NCBI RefSeq assembly: GCF_964204645.1
Contig: NC_134028.1
Coordinates: 13,647,653-13,711,652 of the forward strand
DNA from: Tubulanus polymorphus
Lineage: Eukaryota; Animalia; Nemertea
Direction: 5' to 3'
DNA: 64,000 nucleotides
This document shows positions 13,837-25,249 of this stretch, piece after piece (the stretch's first letter is position 1; each line of letters begins with the position of its first letter). The notes beneath the pieces are model-generated. The model was not told the origin of the DNA. It searched no databases and saw only the letters and a program-made list of their open reading frames with translations. A program made the position numbers and the translations under genes.

Positions 13837-13878
13837 ACACCTAACGATGATCTCTAGGGCGAGATCGATACGTCGTGT
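13837..13878 (+). ncRNA. Degenerate hammerhead ribozyme in the Penelope 3' region
   Basis: CAC-CTAACGA-tgatctc..gagatc-GATAC-GTC-GTG. Both core boxes are mutated relative to the copy at 60639-60680. Confidence 0.6.
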
Positions 13879-13999
13879 CTTTCATGTATTTTAGATCTAA
13901 TAAATAAATTCTGGTTTTTAAATTCTTTTAATCTGTAAATAGTGGGATTTTATCTTATTATCCGTTCACCACGTTTGAGTGTGGTCATCGTTCTACCAA

Positions 14000-15655
14000 C
14001 ATATAAATTTAATATGTTACCTCAAACATCTGAGAATTATATATCTTTCCAATTTGGGTGTCTAAGATTTAAAGATTCATATAGATTTTCAAGCAGTTCA
14101 TTAGATAATTTATCAAAATCATTAGTTGATGATGAATTAAAAATATTACAACAACATTATCCAAATAATGATGATTTTCAATTAATGAGATATAAGGGAG
14201 CAATTCCATATTCATTTTATAAATCGCATAATGATTTTAATAAAACCGAATTATTAAAAGAACAATTCTATGATGAATTAAGATCCGAATATGTTGAAGA
14301 GGAAGTTTATAATAGAACATTGAATATTTGGAATCATTTCAAAATAATAATCATGGACAATTAGTAGATTTATATTTAAAATCAGATGTATTATTATTAA
14401 CTGATATATTTGAAAGGTTTAGAGATGTAAATCTAAAATATTTTAATATTGATCCATGTCATTGTTATTCAAGCCCAGGATTAACTTGGGATAGTGGTTT
14501 AAAATTTACAGATATGGATTTATTAACAAATATAGACCAGTTATTATTATTTGAAAAATCTATAAGAGGGGGAGTTTCAGGTGTATTAGGTGATAGATAT
14601 TTCAATGTAAATGATAATCCTGGATATAAGTTATTATAGATGCAAATAATCTATATGGTTGGGCAATGATGGAACCACTACCTTATGGAGTATTTCAAAT
14701 AACTGAAATTTTACAACATGAAAATGATGATAAATTTGATTGGAAGAAAAGAATTCTAGATATTGCAGGTGATTCAAATACTGGTTACTTTTTTGTTGTA
14801 GACTTGGAAAATTTAACTCTAGAAATCTAGCATACTGTCCAGAACATAAAACTGTTACACATGCAGAATTATCAAATTATCAAAAAAGAATTAATCCTGA
14901 AAACCATATTCATACAAAAAAGTTAATGGTAACTCAGGAAGATGAATATAATTATATAGTACATTATAGAATTTCAAAAATCTAGTTGAAACATGGAATG
15001 ATTCTAAAAAAATACATATACATAGATATATTTCATTTAGTCAATCTAAATGGTTAGAAAAATATATAGATTTTAACACCAAACAGAGAACTAAAGCTAA
15101 TGCTGATTTTGAGAAAGATTTTTTCAAACTAATGAATAATGCATTCTATGGTAAGACTTGTGAAAATATTAGAAATAGAAATGATATTGAGTTAGTTAGT
15201 TATGGTAAAAGAATTAGACATTTTCAAACATATCCTAAGTTCATAGGCTACAGAATATTTGATGAAATTTTAGCTGCAGTCAACATGAGGAGAACTTCTA
15301 TGAAAGTTATTAAACCAATTTATGTTGGAGCATCAGTTTTAGATATATCAAAAACATTAATGTATGGATTTTACTATTACATATTACAACCTCATTTTGG
15401 AGAAAAGCATGTAGAAATCTAATATTTTGATACAGATTCTAACATATTAAAGGTAAAAACTAATAGTATAACAGATGATTTAAAAACATTAAAACATCAC
15501 TTCGACTTTAGTAATTATCCTTAAAATCATGAATTGTTTAACAATGATAATAAAAAAGTTCCTGAGAAGTTTAAGGATGAATTATGTGGTGAAGAAATGA
15601 TAGAGTTCATTGGAATTCGATCTAAAATGTATAGTTACAAAACTAGAAAAAATAT
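14000..15655 (+). pseudogene. Polinton pPolB fragment, intein-less allele
   Basis: FKDSYRF, YLKSDV, IRGG, DANNLYGWAM, KLMNNAFYGKT and contiguous YFDTDS at 15423-15440; contains stops and frameshifts. Confidence 0.92.
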
Positions 15656-16020
15656 TTAAATCAATTGAATATCCAATATAATTTCTTATTTATAACTTAA
15701 AATTATTAATTGGTGGAATAAAGGTTAAAAATCACATTCAGTTAAATTATAATTTTTTTGTGTACCGAATTGTTTAACATTTTTTAATGGTAAAATACTC
15801 AATATACTAGAATAACAAGTTGTACTTTTATTTGCTTCAAATGTTTTTTGTAGGATCAATGAATTTTCAATAAATATAAAATGTGTAAAAGGTATTAAAT
15901 TTGCTAAACTATCAACATTTGAATAATGTTTATCTGGGTTAATTTCTAACAGTTTATTTAGCTAAAGGTTTTTTATCTAAAAATTGATGTTATTATTATT
16001 AGCATGTAAAAACTATGTAC
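15655..16020 (-). pseudogene. Polinton penton gene fragment
   Basis: Reverse-complement homolog of about 38970-39300 (LIPFTHFIFI...SILSILPLKNVKQFGTQ). Confidence 0.7.
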
Positions 16021-16508
16021 GCTCCTCAATTGCGCAATAATCTTGAATGACATACCGATGAAAAATAAGTTACATATTATGTATTATTGATATTAATTAG
16101 GGTGAATATCATTATTATTATCACAGATATTAAATTAATAAATTACTGGTGCTGTCGGTAATAGAATGGGATGGCCATAAAACGGATGAATAGATGAAAC
16201 GTCTGGATAAGAGAGACTGTTATGTTTCCGTCAGAATTTAGCATTTCGTTCAAAATCTTGCAGTTGTCGAATCTGATGGAAGATGACTTCTATGAACGGA
16301 ATGAAAGTGAACATTTATAATGATGTAAATTATCAACAAGATAACCTAAGGGTTTTCTTGCAAATTAGCAGAAAACCTTAATAATAATAATAATAATCTT
16401 GATTATAGGTTTTTCGGCAAATGATATTAAAAAGTATCCATATAACCATGAATACTGCAGAAAAAGGATGCACATGCATATTTAATAACTAATATATATT
16501 GAGTTTAC

Positions 16509-16558
16509 CTGCAATATTTCCGTAAAACCACATGTCCAACTTTGGTGGAATATATCCT
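16509..16558 (-). CDS. Duox: Duox/NOX small exon (GYIPPKLDMWFYGNIA)
   Basis: tttttag acceptor and CAG|gtaaac donor. Resembles the Duox P..Y.WFF.T.PG segment and joins in frame to GFTGVLL across a 14.6-kb intron. Confidence 0.8.
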
Positions 16559-16748
16559 CTAAAAATTAAGGGTTAAATGTACATTTATAACAGTTTCTAA
16601 TTATAGATTTAGAATGAGCACTCGACTGATCAACGAAAACAACGTAGACGATTCAAAGCGCTCACGAACGTTCGTCGGGTGAATCATGGTGAACCTTTGA
16701 TTTTAATACGGTCTCACGTTATGTTGATAACTTATATTGTCTACTTGC

Positions 16749-16839
16749 CGTAAATATAATTCATGTACTCCGCAAAACGCTGAAACTGGTTGCGTGCCGA
16801 TGTGGTACAAATTGAATCCATAACCAATGACGTGAATGC
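16749..16839 (-). CDS. Duox: Duox/NOX exon (GIHVIGYGFNLYHIGTQPVSAFCGVHELYLR)
   Basis: atttcag acceptor. Contains the second heme His, 14 residues after FHK. The best in-phase donor is CG|gcaagt (GC type). Confidence 0.75.
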
Positions 16840-16955
16840 CTGAAATAAATATTGTGATTGGAGGACCAATGGAGTATAAGGGAAGGGACAATATGGATGC
16901 ATTGCCTGGTTTGTAGGATTGTAGTGAAGGAAACCATACATATGTGTCAACATAC

Positions 16956-17186
16956 CAGTAAACATGAAGGCAATATATGCGATTATTTTGTGAAACGATA
17001 CACTCGCGTCAAATGGTATGAAAATATTTAAGAAAGTTTGACGTAAATAGGTTATCATATTGCGACACATCGTTAGAAGAATAAACGCATAACAATAGTT
17101 GATGCCCTCTGCTGCCGCTCTGGTAACTGCAAGTCCATATCCAGTAACCCTTCGCATTCCAGACTGTTCGCCTTCAACTGCAAAAC
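16956..17186 (-). CDS. Duox: Duox/NOX ferric reductase exon
   Basis: Translates GLAVTRAAA...ILLTMCRNMITYLRQTFLNIFIPFDASVSFHKIIA, the Duox LLTMCRN...PFD...FH signature. gtag acceptor, G|gtatg donor. Confidence 0.9.
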
Positions 17187-17408
17187 CTACGTACAGCAAA
17201 TTAATCACTTGCGAAGTGAATATTCAATTAAGTACGAATCGAATCTAGAAAACGTTTTTTTTATAGAAAGAAGTAACTACATGTATTTACAAGTTTCCAG
17301 TGCCATTCTGCCGTGATACCTAACAAAAAAGGCTTTTTGTATCAGATTTGCCTGTAGTAATTTAATATTAATCGAGAAATCCCGATTACAACCTAATTCA
17401 TGACTTAC

Positions 17409-17563
17409 GGTAAAACTTCTCTGTAACTGCTGCCAAACTAATCCCAATGAACAAAATAATGTAGAATATGTGTTGGCTATAATTCTCAAGATAATGAATC
17501 GCTGCGTGTAGCCGAGAATTTAGCGGACTGTAAACCACGTTTCGCCGCGTTAAACTTTGTTTC
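17409..17563 (-). CDS. Duox: Duox/NOX exon with the first ferric-reductase TM helix
   Basis: Translates ...HYLENYSQHIFYIILFIGISLAAVTEKFY, matching the Duox ENY..HI motif. ttcag acceptor, C|gtaagt donor, in phase with the next exon. Confidence 0.8.
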
Positions 17564-17636
17564 CTGAATCAAAAGAATATTTTTCTGTGAATGCAGCCGC
17601 TTGATGATATCTATTCCAAATTTGTTTATGGCTTAC

Positions 17637-17670
17637 TTAGCTGTCTTCTGCTCAAATTCAGGCCGTTGAC
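17637..17670 (-). CDS. Probable 34-bp Duox linker exon (GQRPEFEQKTAK)
   Basis: Strong ttttttcag acceptor and AA|gtaagc donor. Phase fits the downstream exon across a 73-bp intron. Confidence 0.6.
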
Positions 17671-17697
17671 CTGAAAAAAAAATCATTATTAAACAAA

Positions 17698-17841
17698 AAT
17701 AGGGAATATGGGGTTCACACCAAAGGTCGAAGGGTCAAGCTCATAGAAAATAAAAAATAAATTCTCGCACGCTCGAATTTATTTTTTATTTTTTACTCAC
17801 TCACCCCTTCAACCTTTGATATGAACCCCATATTCCCTATT
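17698..17841. repeat. Palindromic MITE-like element
   Basis: aatagggaatatggggttca...tgaaccccatattccctatt arms with an inner aaaataaaaaataaattc/gaatttattttttatttt stem. Confidence 0.75.
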
Positions 17842-18415
17842 ACTCTAATAATTCCATGTATATGAATATCATATAAATGAATAACATATAAAAATGAATA
17901 TTTTATAAACCAGTATTAATAACTTCTAAAATGAATTTCAATGAAAAATTTGATATTAAAATGGAAGCAAATAAGAAGTACTACTATCCGTCAGAACGAC
18001 CACAAACCATCGATATTACACAATATAGCTGCCAAGCAGCGATGACGGGTTTTCTGCAAAGCCATTCAGAATGATGGGAATTGTAGTAAATTTAAATACC
18101 GATATATAGAATAAAATGCATTGACAGATTCGAACCTAATATGCAACCACTGTGTAAACGTCAAATATGATTCAGCTTTGAAACCGAAGATACGCGAACG
18201 TACAACCAACAAATATGAATTTATTTGACCAGGCATTTATTTTGGCATTTAAACATCATGATACTGTATTATCACCATGCTTAAAAATGGATCTGTCCTA
18301 TTAAGAACTCATCTTAAGCACCGGCTGAGTCGATAGATTGAGTGAATTTACAGATAAGAACGTATTATGATTTAGAATAGATTTAAGCAGTTAATGTTTT
18401 TATTGAAATATTAGA

Positions 18416-18419
<4 letters not shown>

Positions 18420-18484
<65 letters not shown>
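18420..18484. repeat. (TA)n microsatellite
   Basis: Read directly. Confidence 0.95.
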
Positions 18485-18487
<3 letters not shown>

Positions 18488-18975
18488 TAGTGTTGATTCA
18501 ATCAATAAATTATGAATTGATTTGGTCTGGGTTTCCGGCTGATTTTGATTTTGGCTTTTATGGATTACAAATTCTATAGTGATAAACAATTGATACCTGC
18601 AACATGTGTGTAAATCAAACCTATTCCACTAGTTGCGTGTGTTTCCTAATAAACGGGAGAGTCACTCTTGATCTGAGTTATTAGAAAAATAATGTTCATT
18701 TAGTTATAGATATTCATTGCCTTTTTGAAAATTCTGTAATAATATTTGTTCTGTCCTAATTTTTATTACTGTATGAACCAATGATATGCTTTGTAAATAT
18801 GATGTAATAAAATAAATTTGAATTTGAATTTAATTTGAACATGAGAATCAAGCATAACTTGTGTTTTTTTCAACTTGTCTTTTGTTAACAGTTCCAGAGT
18901 TTCAATTACAATCAAATCCAAATTAACTAAAAAGAACATAGGACTTAATGAAATGAACCGTTAGTTACTGCAAAC

Positions 18976-19140
18976 CTATTCCAGTGTTATGTCGATCGTG
19001 TTGAATCACTTTGCTTGAGTTGAAAGAATCAGATATTCTATGGTGCAACATCGGTCGAAGAGAGATATCTTGGTGTTGACTGTCCTTGACCATATAACTT
19101 CATGCGTTTGACATTGGAATCAGCATCTTACCCGTGTGAA
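18976..19140 (-). CDS. Possible upstream Duox linker exon containing an in-frame TGA
   Basis: ttttgcag acceptor and AG|gtttg donor give a phase 1-1, 165-bp exon, but TGA lies at 19100-19102 and no motif is recognisable. Confidence 0.3.
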
Positions 19141-19759
19141 CTGCAAAATATTTATACAACATGAAAATCTACAGTATATGTATACAGTAATCATACTTTC
19201 ACCGATGTTGGATATTTGAATGAACTTTAGGCTTATTTCAGTATTCTAAAGCAGGAAATAATAAGCCCAATCAACAGGCCCTATTCCCATTGGAACAATT
19301 ATATAATGCGTACAGCTGTACCGTACACCTATCAGTCAAGAATGGAGAAATTGGTATACCAAACCTACGAACAGCAAAATGTACAGGCCTACAATGATTT
19401 CTGGTATATAAGCCGTGACCACATAAACGTTTTGGATCTAGGTTTGACCATTAATGTCAGCAGGTCAGAGAAGGCCAGGTCAAATTTAATCACATGGCTC
19501 AAATCAATTCTTCCTTTCTGCGTGAGATTACTTATTGTATTGTTTTAAAAATGGGCCTATCGAGTGAATTAGTACATAGACTGAACTAGACTTTAGGCTA
19601 GTCCTGACCAAATCCTATCCATGTTATATTGGTACCAGTTATAGTGACATCACTGTAGGGCCGACGAGAGGGAAAAAGTTGTGTTTGTAGTACATAGGCA
19701 TGGTAGGCTTGTCGTACTCACTTAGTACTTTAAACGCTGTTGTTACCTGTACGTGACTG

Positions 19760-22392
19760 TACGGTGATTTCTACAGGTTAGCCGTATGTTAGTACATTGA
19801 AGCTCAGACTTGCAATATTGGGATTCGAAACCAAACGAAAAAGAAATCCAGTAGTAGTCCAGTGATTTACCCACTTTGCCACAGAACGTAACTGCAGGGT
19901 GGATGGAATTTGATTTACAAATAGCCTAGCTTCACCTAACCCAAACTCTATTCTTTCACGCATGCGCGTTTGCAGATTATAGGAACTCACGTACGGCGTT
20001 TTTAGGGAACTCACGTACGGTTAACCTGTGAAGATCACCGTACAGTCACGTACGGGTAACAACTTCGTACTTAAAATGGTATTGGGTACTAGGAACTCAC
20101 GTACGTCATTAGTAGGGAACTCACGTACGGTTAACCTGTGGAGATCACCGTACAGTTACGTACGGATAACAACTTCGTACTTAAAATGGTATTGGCTACT
20201 AGGAACTTACGTACGGCGTTGGTAAGGAACTCACGTACGGTTAACCTGTGGAAATCACCGTACAGTCAAATACGGGTAACAACTTCGTACTTGGGTATTG
20301 GCTACTAGGAACTCACGTACGGCGTTAGTAGGGAACTCACGTACGGTTAACCTAGATCACCGTACAGTCACGTACGGGTAACAACTACGTACTTAAAATG
20401 GTATTGGCTACTATATAAGGCCTAAAGACAAATAAATACCGGTAGGCTTTCTTTTAGCTTCCACACGTCACAACCGAACCAACTGACCAACCAGTATATT
20501 TAGTCCCAGTACGCACCAACCGGCACAGGCCTAACACTGTTTGTCAACTGTGTGTACCGTAGTAGGCTTTCGATAATCACCTGATACTTTTCTGTCGTTT
20601 TTTTGACGCCTTATAAAACTTTACCATTATGAAACCTAAACAATGTTAACCATTCAGCGTCATTTTACAAACGACAGCCGTAAAGCGATGTGCAAAACGT
20701 CACAGGTTTATGTGTACACAAACAAGCTATCTGGCAAAATATTATTGACGTAGATGTAGAATGGCTTCCTGTGATTATATAATGACCTATATTTGAACGT
20801 CGAAATGTTATATTGCATTAAATATCATTAGAAGACGTATTGTAATAGTAAAGGATGTATGATTATATCAGAAGCGGCAGGCATAAAAAGAAATGATAAG
20901 TAAATCGGATTATTCGGTTAAATGGCGGATGTATACACGATGCGGAAGTCTGATATAAAAGTCAGACCCTGACGTGGGCATGCCGGTGGAATGACGAAGC
21001 TATCTACGATGTGTGTAGGGCCGGCGTGAATTTCATCAGCGGCTACAAGCGGTCAATATGAAAATGTGTAAACATATAATTTCAATATTCAAACGTTTTA
21101 GAAAATATGTTTGATAATAGGAGTATGCAAGTTTCGTGAGATTAGCAATTTATAATAGCATAGCTGTCATATACGGCTCCAGTCCTCTGATGGCATGTGT
21201 ATAAGGTGACAATTCAATTCAATTCTTTATTGATCCTTATTACATTGATATTCCGGGATAAAATTCCCAAATTCAATAAATACAAATTTTAAAATAAATT
21301 AATACAACATACATGAGACACGGGTAATTCATACAGAACAACATAAGCATGTTTTTTTAAATGACAATGTCTACTTCAACCCACCCAGACTCAAGACTCT
21401 AGGATATCGAGTGACAGCCAAACCCGTGGCCGGGGACCGGGCCGGCTGGCTAGGCCACACGATATGCTCGAAGTCATGATGAAGCAGACATCAGAAGAGC
21501 TCTTTCTTCATCCACGGAGGCAATGAAGTTGCAGACCAGCTTAGAGGCATAAGTAAATGAAGTCGGTCGCAAGTTCGCGATCAATTATTGAGAATTTTCA
21601 ATAAAAAAATTTAAACCACTACTAGAGTCGAAGACCTGTATCATCTACCCAATCACCAAATCTCATCATTTCCCAAATTTCTTAAAACTTCGATTTCAAA
21701 TTTGCAATTCCACATTAGCTTAGCTCAGAAATATACATTTTTTTCCCAGGCGTCAAATAATTTTCTAAAATTAATTTTCTTGTTCTCTCTCTATGACGAA
21801 CGTTTTTCTAGTAGCCATCCGCGACTCAACGACCTTGATTTAAACTTGATCAATTCAAAATCTGTTTATTGACGCTTTTGGTTACATGATTTGATCAGCA
21901 ATATACTCAAATGAAATAATCGGAATAACAAGAAATCAAAAATATTAAAGAAGTAACAAACAAATGCCCGTAACCCTGTCAGACACGCGAACGCCGTACT
22001 CGTAACCTCTTGGACTCGGACCCGCTGAGCAATAAATTCATAAAATTGACTTTGAAATTGATTGTGGAGAAGAGAGGGAATGATTCGATAGCTCTTCCTC
22101 AAAAAGAAGAGAGAAATGTCGGAAAGAAAACACAACATGGCTACTAATTGAACGGAGCCAAATTTCCGATGTTTACGGCTCGACAGTGGCTTTATAAGGT
22201 GGATTTATCAAAATTCCCATACAGTATCTGGAGATTGAAGTGAGCTGAAGGATATCATACGGATTGTATCGGCGACAGCGGTAAGGTAAGGAAGCCTTTA
22301 CACTTTTAACAAAAACTATGTGGAAAATGGGAAAAAAATAATAATCACGCGAATTTCGATAGGGTTTTTTTGTGAAGAAACAGAAAACCCTA
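19760..22392 (+). mobile_element. Non-autonomous repeat, family B copy 2, with an internal tandem array and a roughly 1.2-kb insertion (20600-21783)
   Basis: Colinear with the reverse complement of 7237-8340 except for the array and the insertion. Confidence 0.65.
19981..20412 (+). repeat. 110-bp tandem repeat, about 4 copies
   Basis: Unit aggaactcacgtacgg... starts at 19981, 20091, 20201 and 20307. Confidence 0.9.
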
Positions 22393-23487
22393 AATATAGC
22401 AGCGATAACGGGTTTCTGCTTTCTGGGTAGAATGTCGTTCAGGGATGCGAGCAAAGATTTCACCCGAAATCAGTTCGTTACATTCCGTTTTTTGAAAGAG
22501 CGCCACCTAGGGGTCAACTCACAACATGGATATGTCGACCCACATGTGCTACTACGCGCATGTGCTACTATATGCGCAAAGTACTAATGTGCCGGGTTTT
22601 GGGGGAAATAAATTCGAGAAGAACGAAGCTATGGTGTTTTACCATTCCCTAGTGACAGTTTAAGCGCATATTCGGTAATTATTAGTTCCGAAAAAAAGTC
22701 GACTAGATAAGAAAACCGAATTTGGCCCAAAGCACAAATTTGGCCTATAGGGTAAACTATGCAGGAGGGAAGGCGTGTTACTATTAGTAGAGGAGTGACA
22801 AGTCAGTCTGACAAGTCAAGCGATCAGATGGGGACTACAATTCACATATGAAATTGACGTCCAATAACCATTATAAAAACATAATCACGAACGGTACCAC
22901 CACTCCGCATTACCGACTGTCACTGGTCTCTGGCTAGCAATTCAATTAAGAAAACGCGTACCGGTACAATAAATAAATAAACCGTTGTTGATTTTTCGAA
23001 GTATTGATATCCACGAACAAAACTATAGGCTACTATTATAGAATGTTTAAAGGGAACTGCTTTTAATAACAGTATGAATGAACTTACTTCACAAACAAGG
23101 AAGTACATTTTTAACTTGGGAATGGTCGAACCCCAGTTTTTCACAGTAACCTGTGATTTGGATATTCTCGGAGCCTTCCTTCTTTATTTATTTATGAAAT
23201 GACGTCACAAACTTTCAGATTCGCGCCATGATTGATGATCGCTATTTCCACCGGTGTTATCTTTAAGTAACTTCAAGTTTAAAATAGGAAGCACAGTACA
23301 TCCATAGAAACTACGCGCAGAAAAAGACTGTTATATTATTATCAGAGTTTAACATTTCGTTTCAAAGTTGTTAGTAGTAAAATCTAATAGAAGATGATTT
23401 TTATGTGACGAAACTCAGTGGAAAATATGTTAAAATAATCATCAGCAGGAATCCAATTTTGTTTCTGCCGAGGCAGCAGAAACCCTA
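22392..23487 (+). mobile_element. Family A Helentron-like repeat, copy 2 (internal deletion)
   Basis: Same sequence as 54207-55607 but lacking the segment around 54825-55045. Confidence 0.7.
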
Positions 23488-24157
23488 AATATAGCTGCAA
23501 AGCAGCGATAATGGGTTTTCTGAGCAGGCGTGCTATTCATAATTTGAAAAGTGGATAATAGAAATGTATCAATGCGGGATACGCATTTGATGTGTCAAGT
23601 CACACCAATACGGTTTAACATACCATAATTTATAGTTATAGTCAAATTGGGGGTTACTCGGGTCATTTAGTTGTCCGTGGAGTCGAGTAGATTGGTTACC
23701 CGTCTGTAACATTGGTTACGGAAACGACTCGTCAGCTTGATGAGTTGTATGTATTATGATTGTGCGCCACCTGCATTTTCCGAAATAATGTTCATAGAAT
23801 TATTTGAAGGGACGATTGAAATCAATTATCAACTTGCATCTCAATATGTAATAGTGCTTGGCAACTCTCCGTTGCAGAGGTTAAAATATAAATTTTATTT
23901 GTGAAAAATAAACTATTATGGTCAGTACAAATTGAAAATGCATAGTGTATTTTTAAGAACAAGCTTACATAGCTTACAGAATACATCACGTACATTTGAA
24001 TTTTATAAGTGATGGGTAAAAATCAACGTGTGACAGGAAAAATGTAGTTAATCATTTAACAATATCGAAGTATGTGCTCTCTTTTTAAACTACTGGAGTG
24101 ATACGCAATTAATCACATGTCCTGTATTAAAAGATAGAACATGTTCGATATCAACAA

Positions 24158-25249
24158 TAGTCCAGGAGCTAGCCCACATTTAATCAAAAGTTTTAGTCAA
24201 GAAGGTTTGAGGTGTGGAATGTCAAGGTTGGCCCATATCTACTTAGGAAAGGAACATCTTAAGTTTCAAAGCCGTGCCTGCGGGGGGGGGGGTAGGTGGG
24301 CCCCAAAAATTCCAAAAAAATTGTTTTAATCAACAGTTTTTGTCCAGCATTAATTTCAACATAAGTCAGTACGGCATGGGCCAACAAAAATAAAATCATA
24401 ACTTATGACGACATTTTCTGTGTCTAGGGTCCCTTAAAACCCCCTTTTTGGGACCTAGGGCACTTTTAATCAAAGTTTTTGTCCAGGTCTGATTCTACCT
24501 CAGAATCATAGTATTTCGTGTGCTGATTCAGAAAATGTAACTTAAGACGAGATTTTCCGTGCTAAGCCCCACTTAAGACACCCTTTAAACCCCCTAATAC
24601 CCCCGTTTGTCAAAAAACTGGCTTTAATCAACAGTTTTGGTCCAGCATTAATTTCAACATACATCAGTAGAGCATGGGCCAACTGAAATAACATCATAAC
24701 TTAAGACGAAATTTTCTGTGCCGAGGGTCCCTTAAGACCCCCTTTTTCGGGGGCCTAGGGCACTATTAATCAACAGTTTTTGTCCAGGTCTGATTCTACC
24801 TCAGAATCATAGTATTTTATGTGCTGATTCAGAAAATGTACTTTAAGACGAGATTTTCCGCGCCTAGTCCCACTTCAGACACCCTTAAAACCCCCTAATG
24901 CCCCCTTTTGTAAAAAAAAACTGGCTTTAATCAACATTTTTTGTCCAGCATTAATTTTAACATAAATCAGTAGGGCATGGGCCAACTGAAATTAAATCAT
25001 AACTTAAGACGAAATTTTCTGTGCCTAGGTCCCCTAAGACCCCCTTTTTCGGGGGCCTAGGGCACTTTTAATCAACAGTTTTTTTCCAGGTCTGAGTCTA
25101 CCTCAGAATCATAGTATTTTATGCTGGACAAAAACTGTTGATTTAAACGATTATTTGGGAATTTTTGGGGGCCCACCTATTTTGACATTCCACACCTCAA
25201 ACCTTCTTGACTAAAACTGTTGATTATATGTGGGCTAGCTCCTGGACTA
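24158..25249. mobile_element. Foldback/MITE-like element with an internal ~300-bp tandem repeat
   Basis: TIR tagtccaggagctagcccacat...atgtgggctagctcctggacta. Internal units start near 24324, 24622 and 24926. Confidence 0.75.

Noticed and set aside
19981-20412. CRISPR-like periodicity
   Set aside because: The sequence between repeats is itself repeated, there are no unique spacers or cas genes, and the context is eukaryotic.
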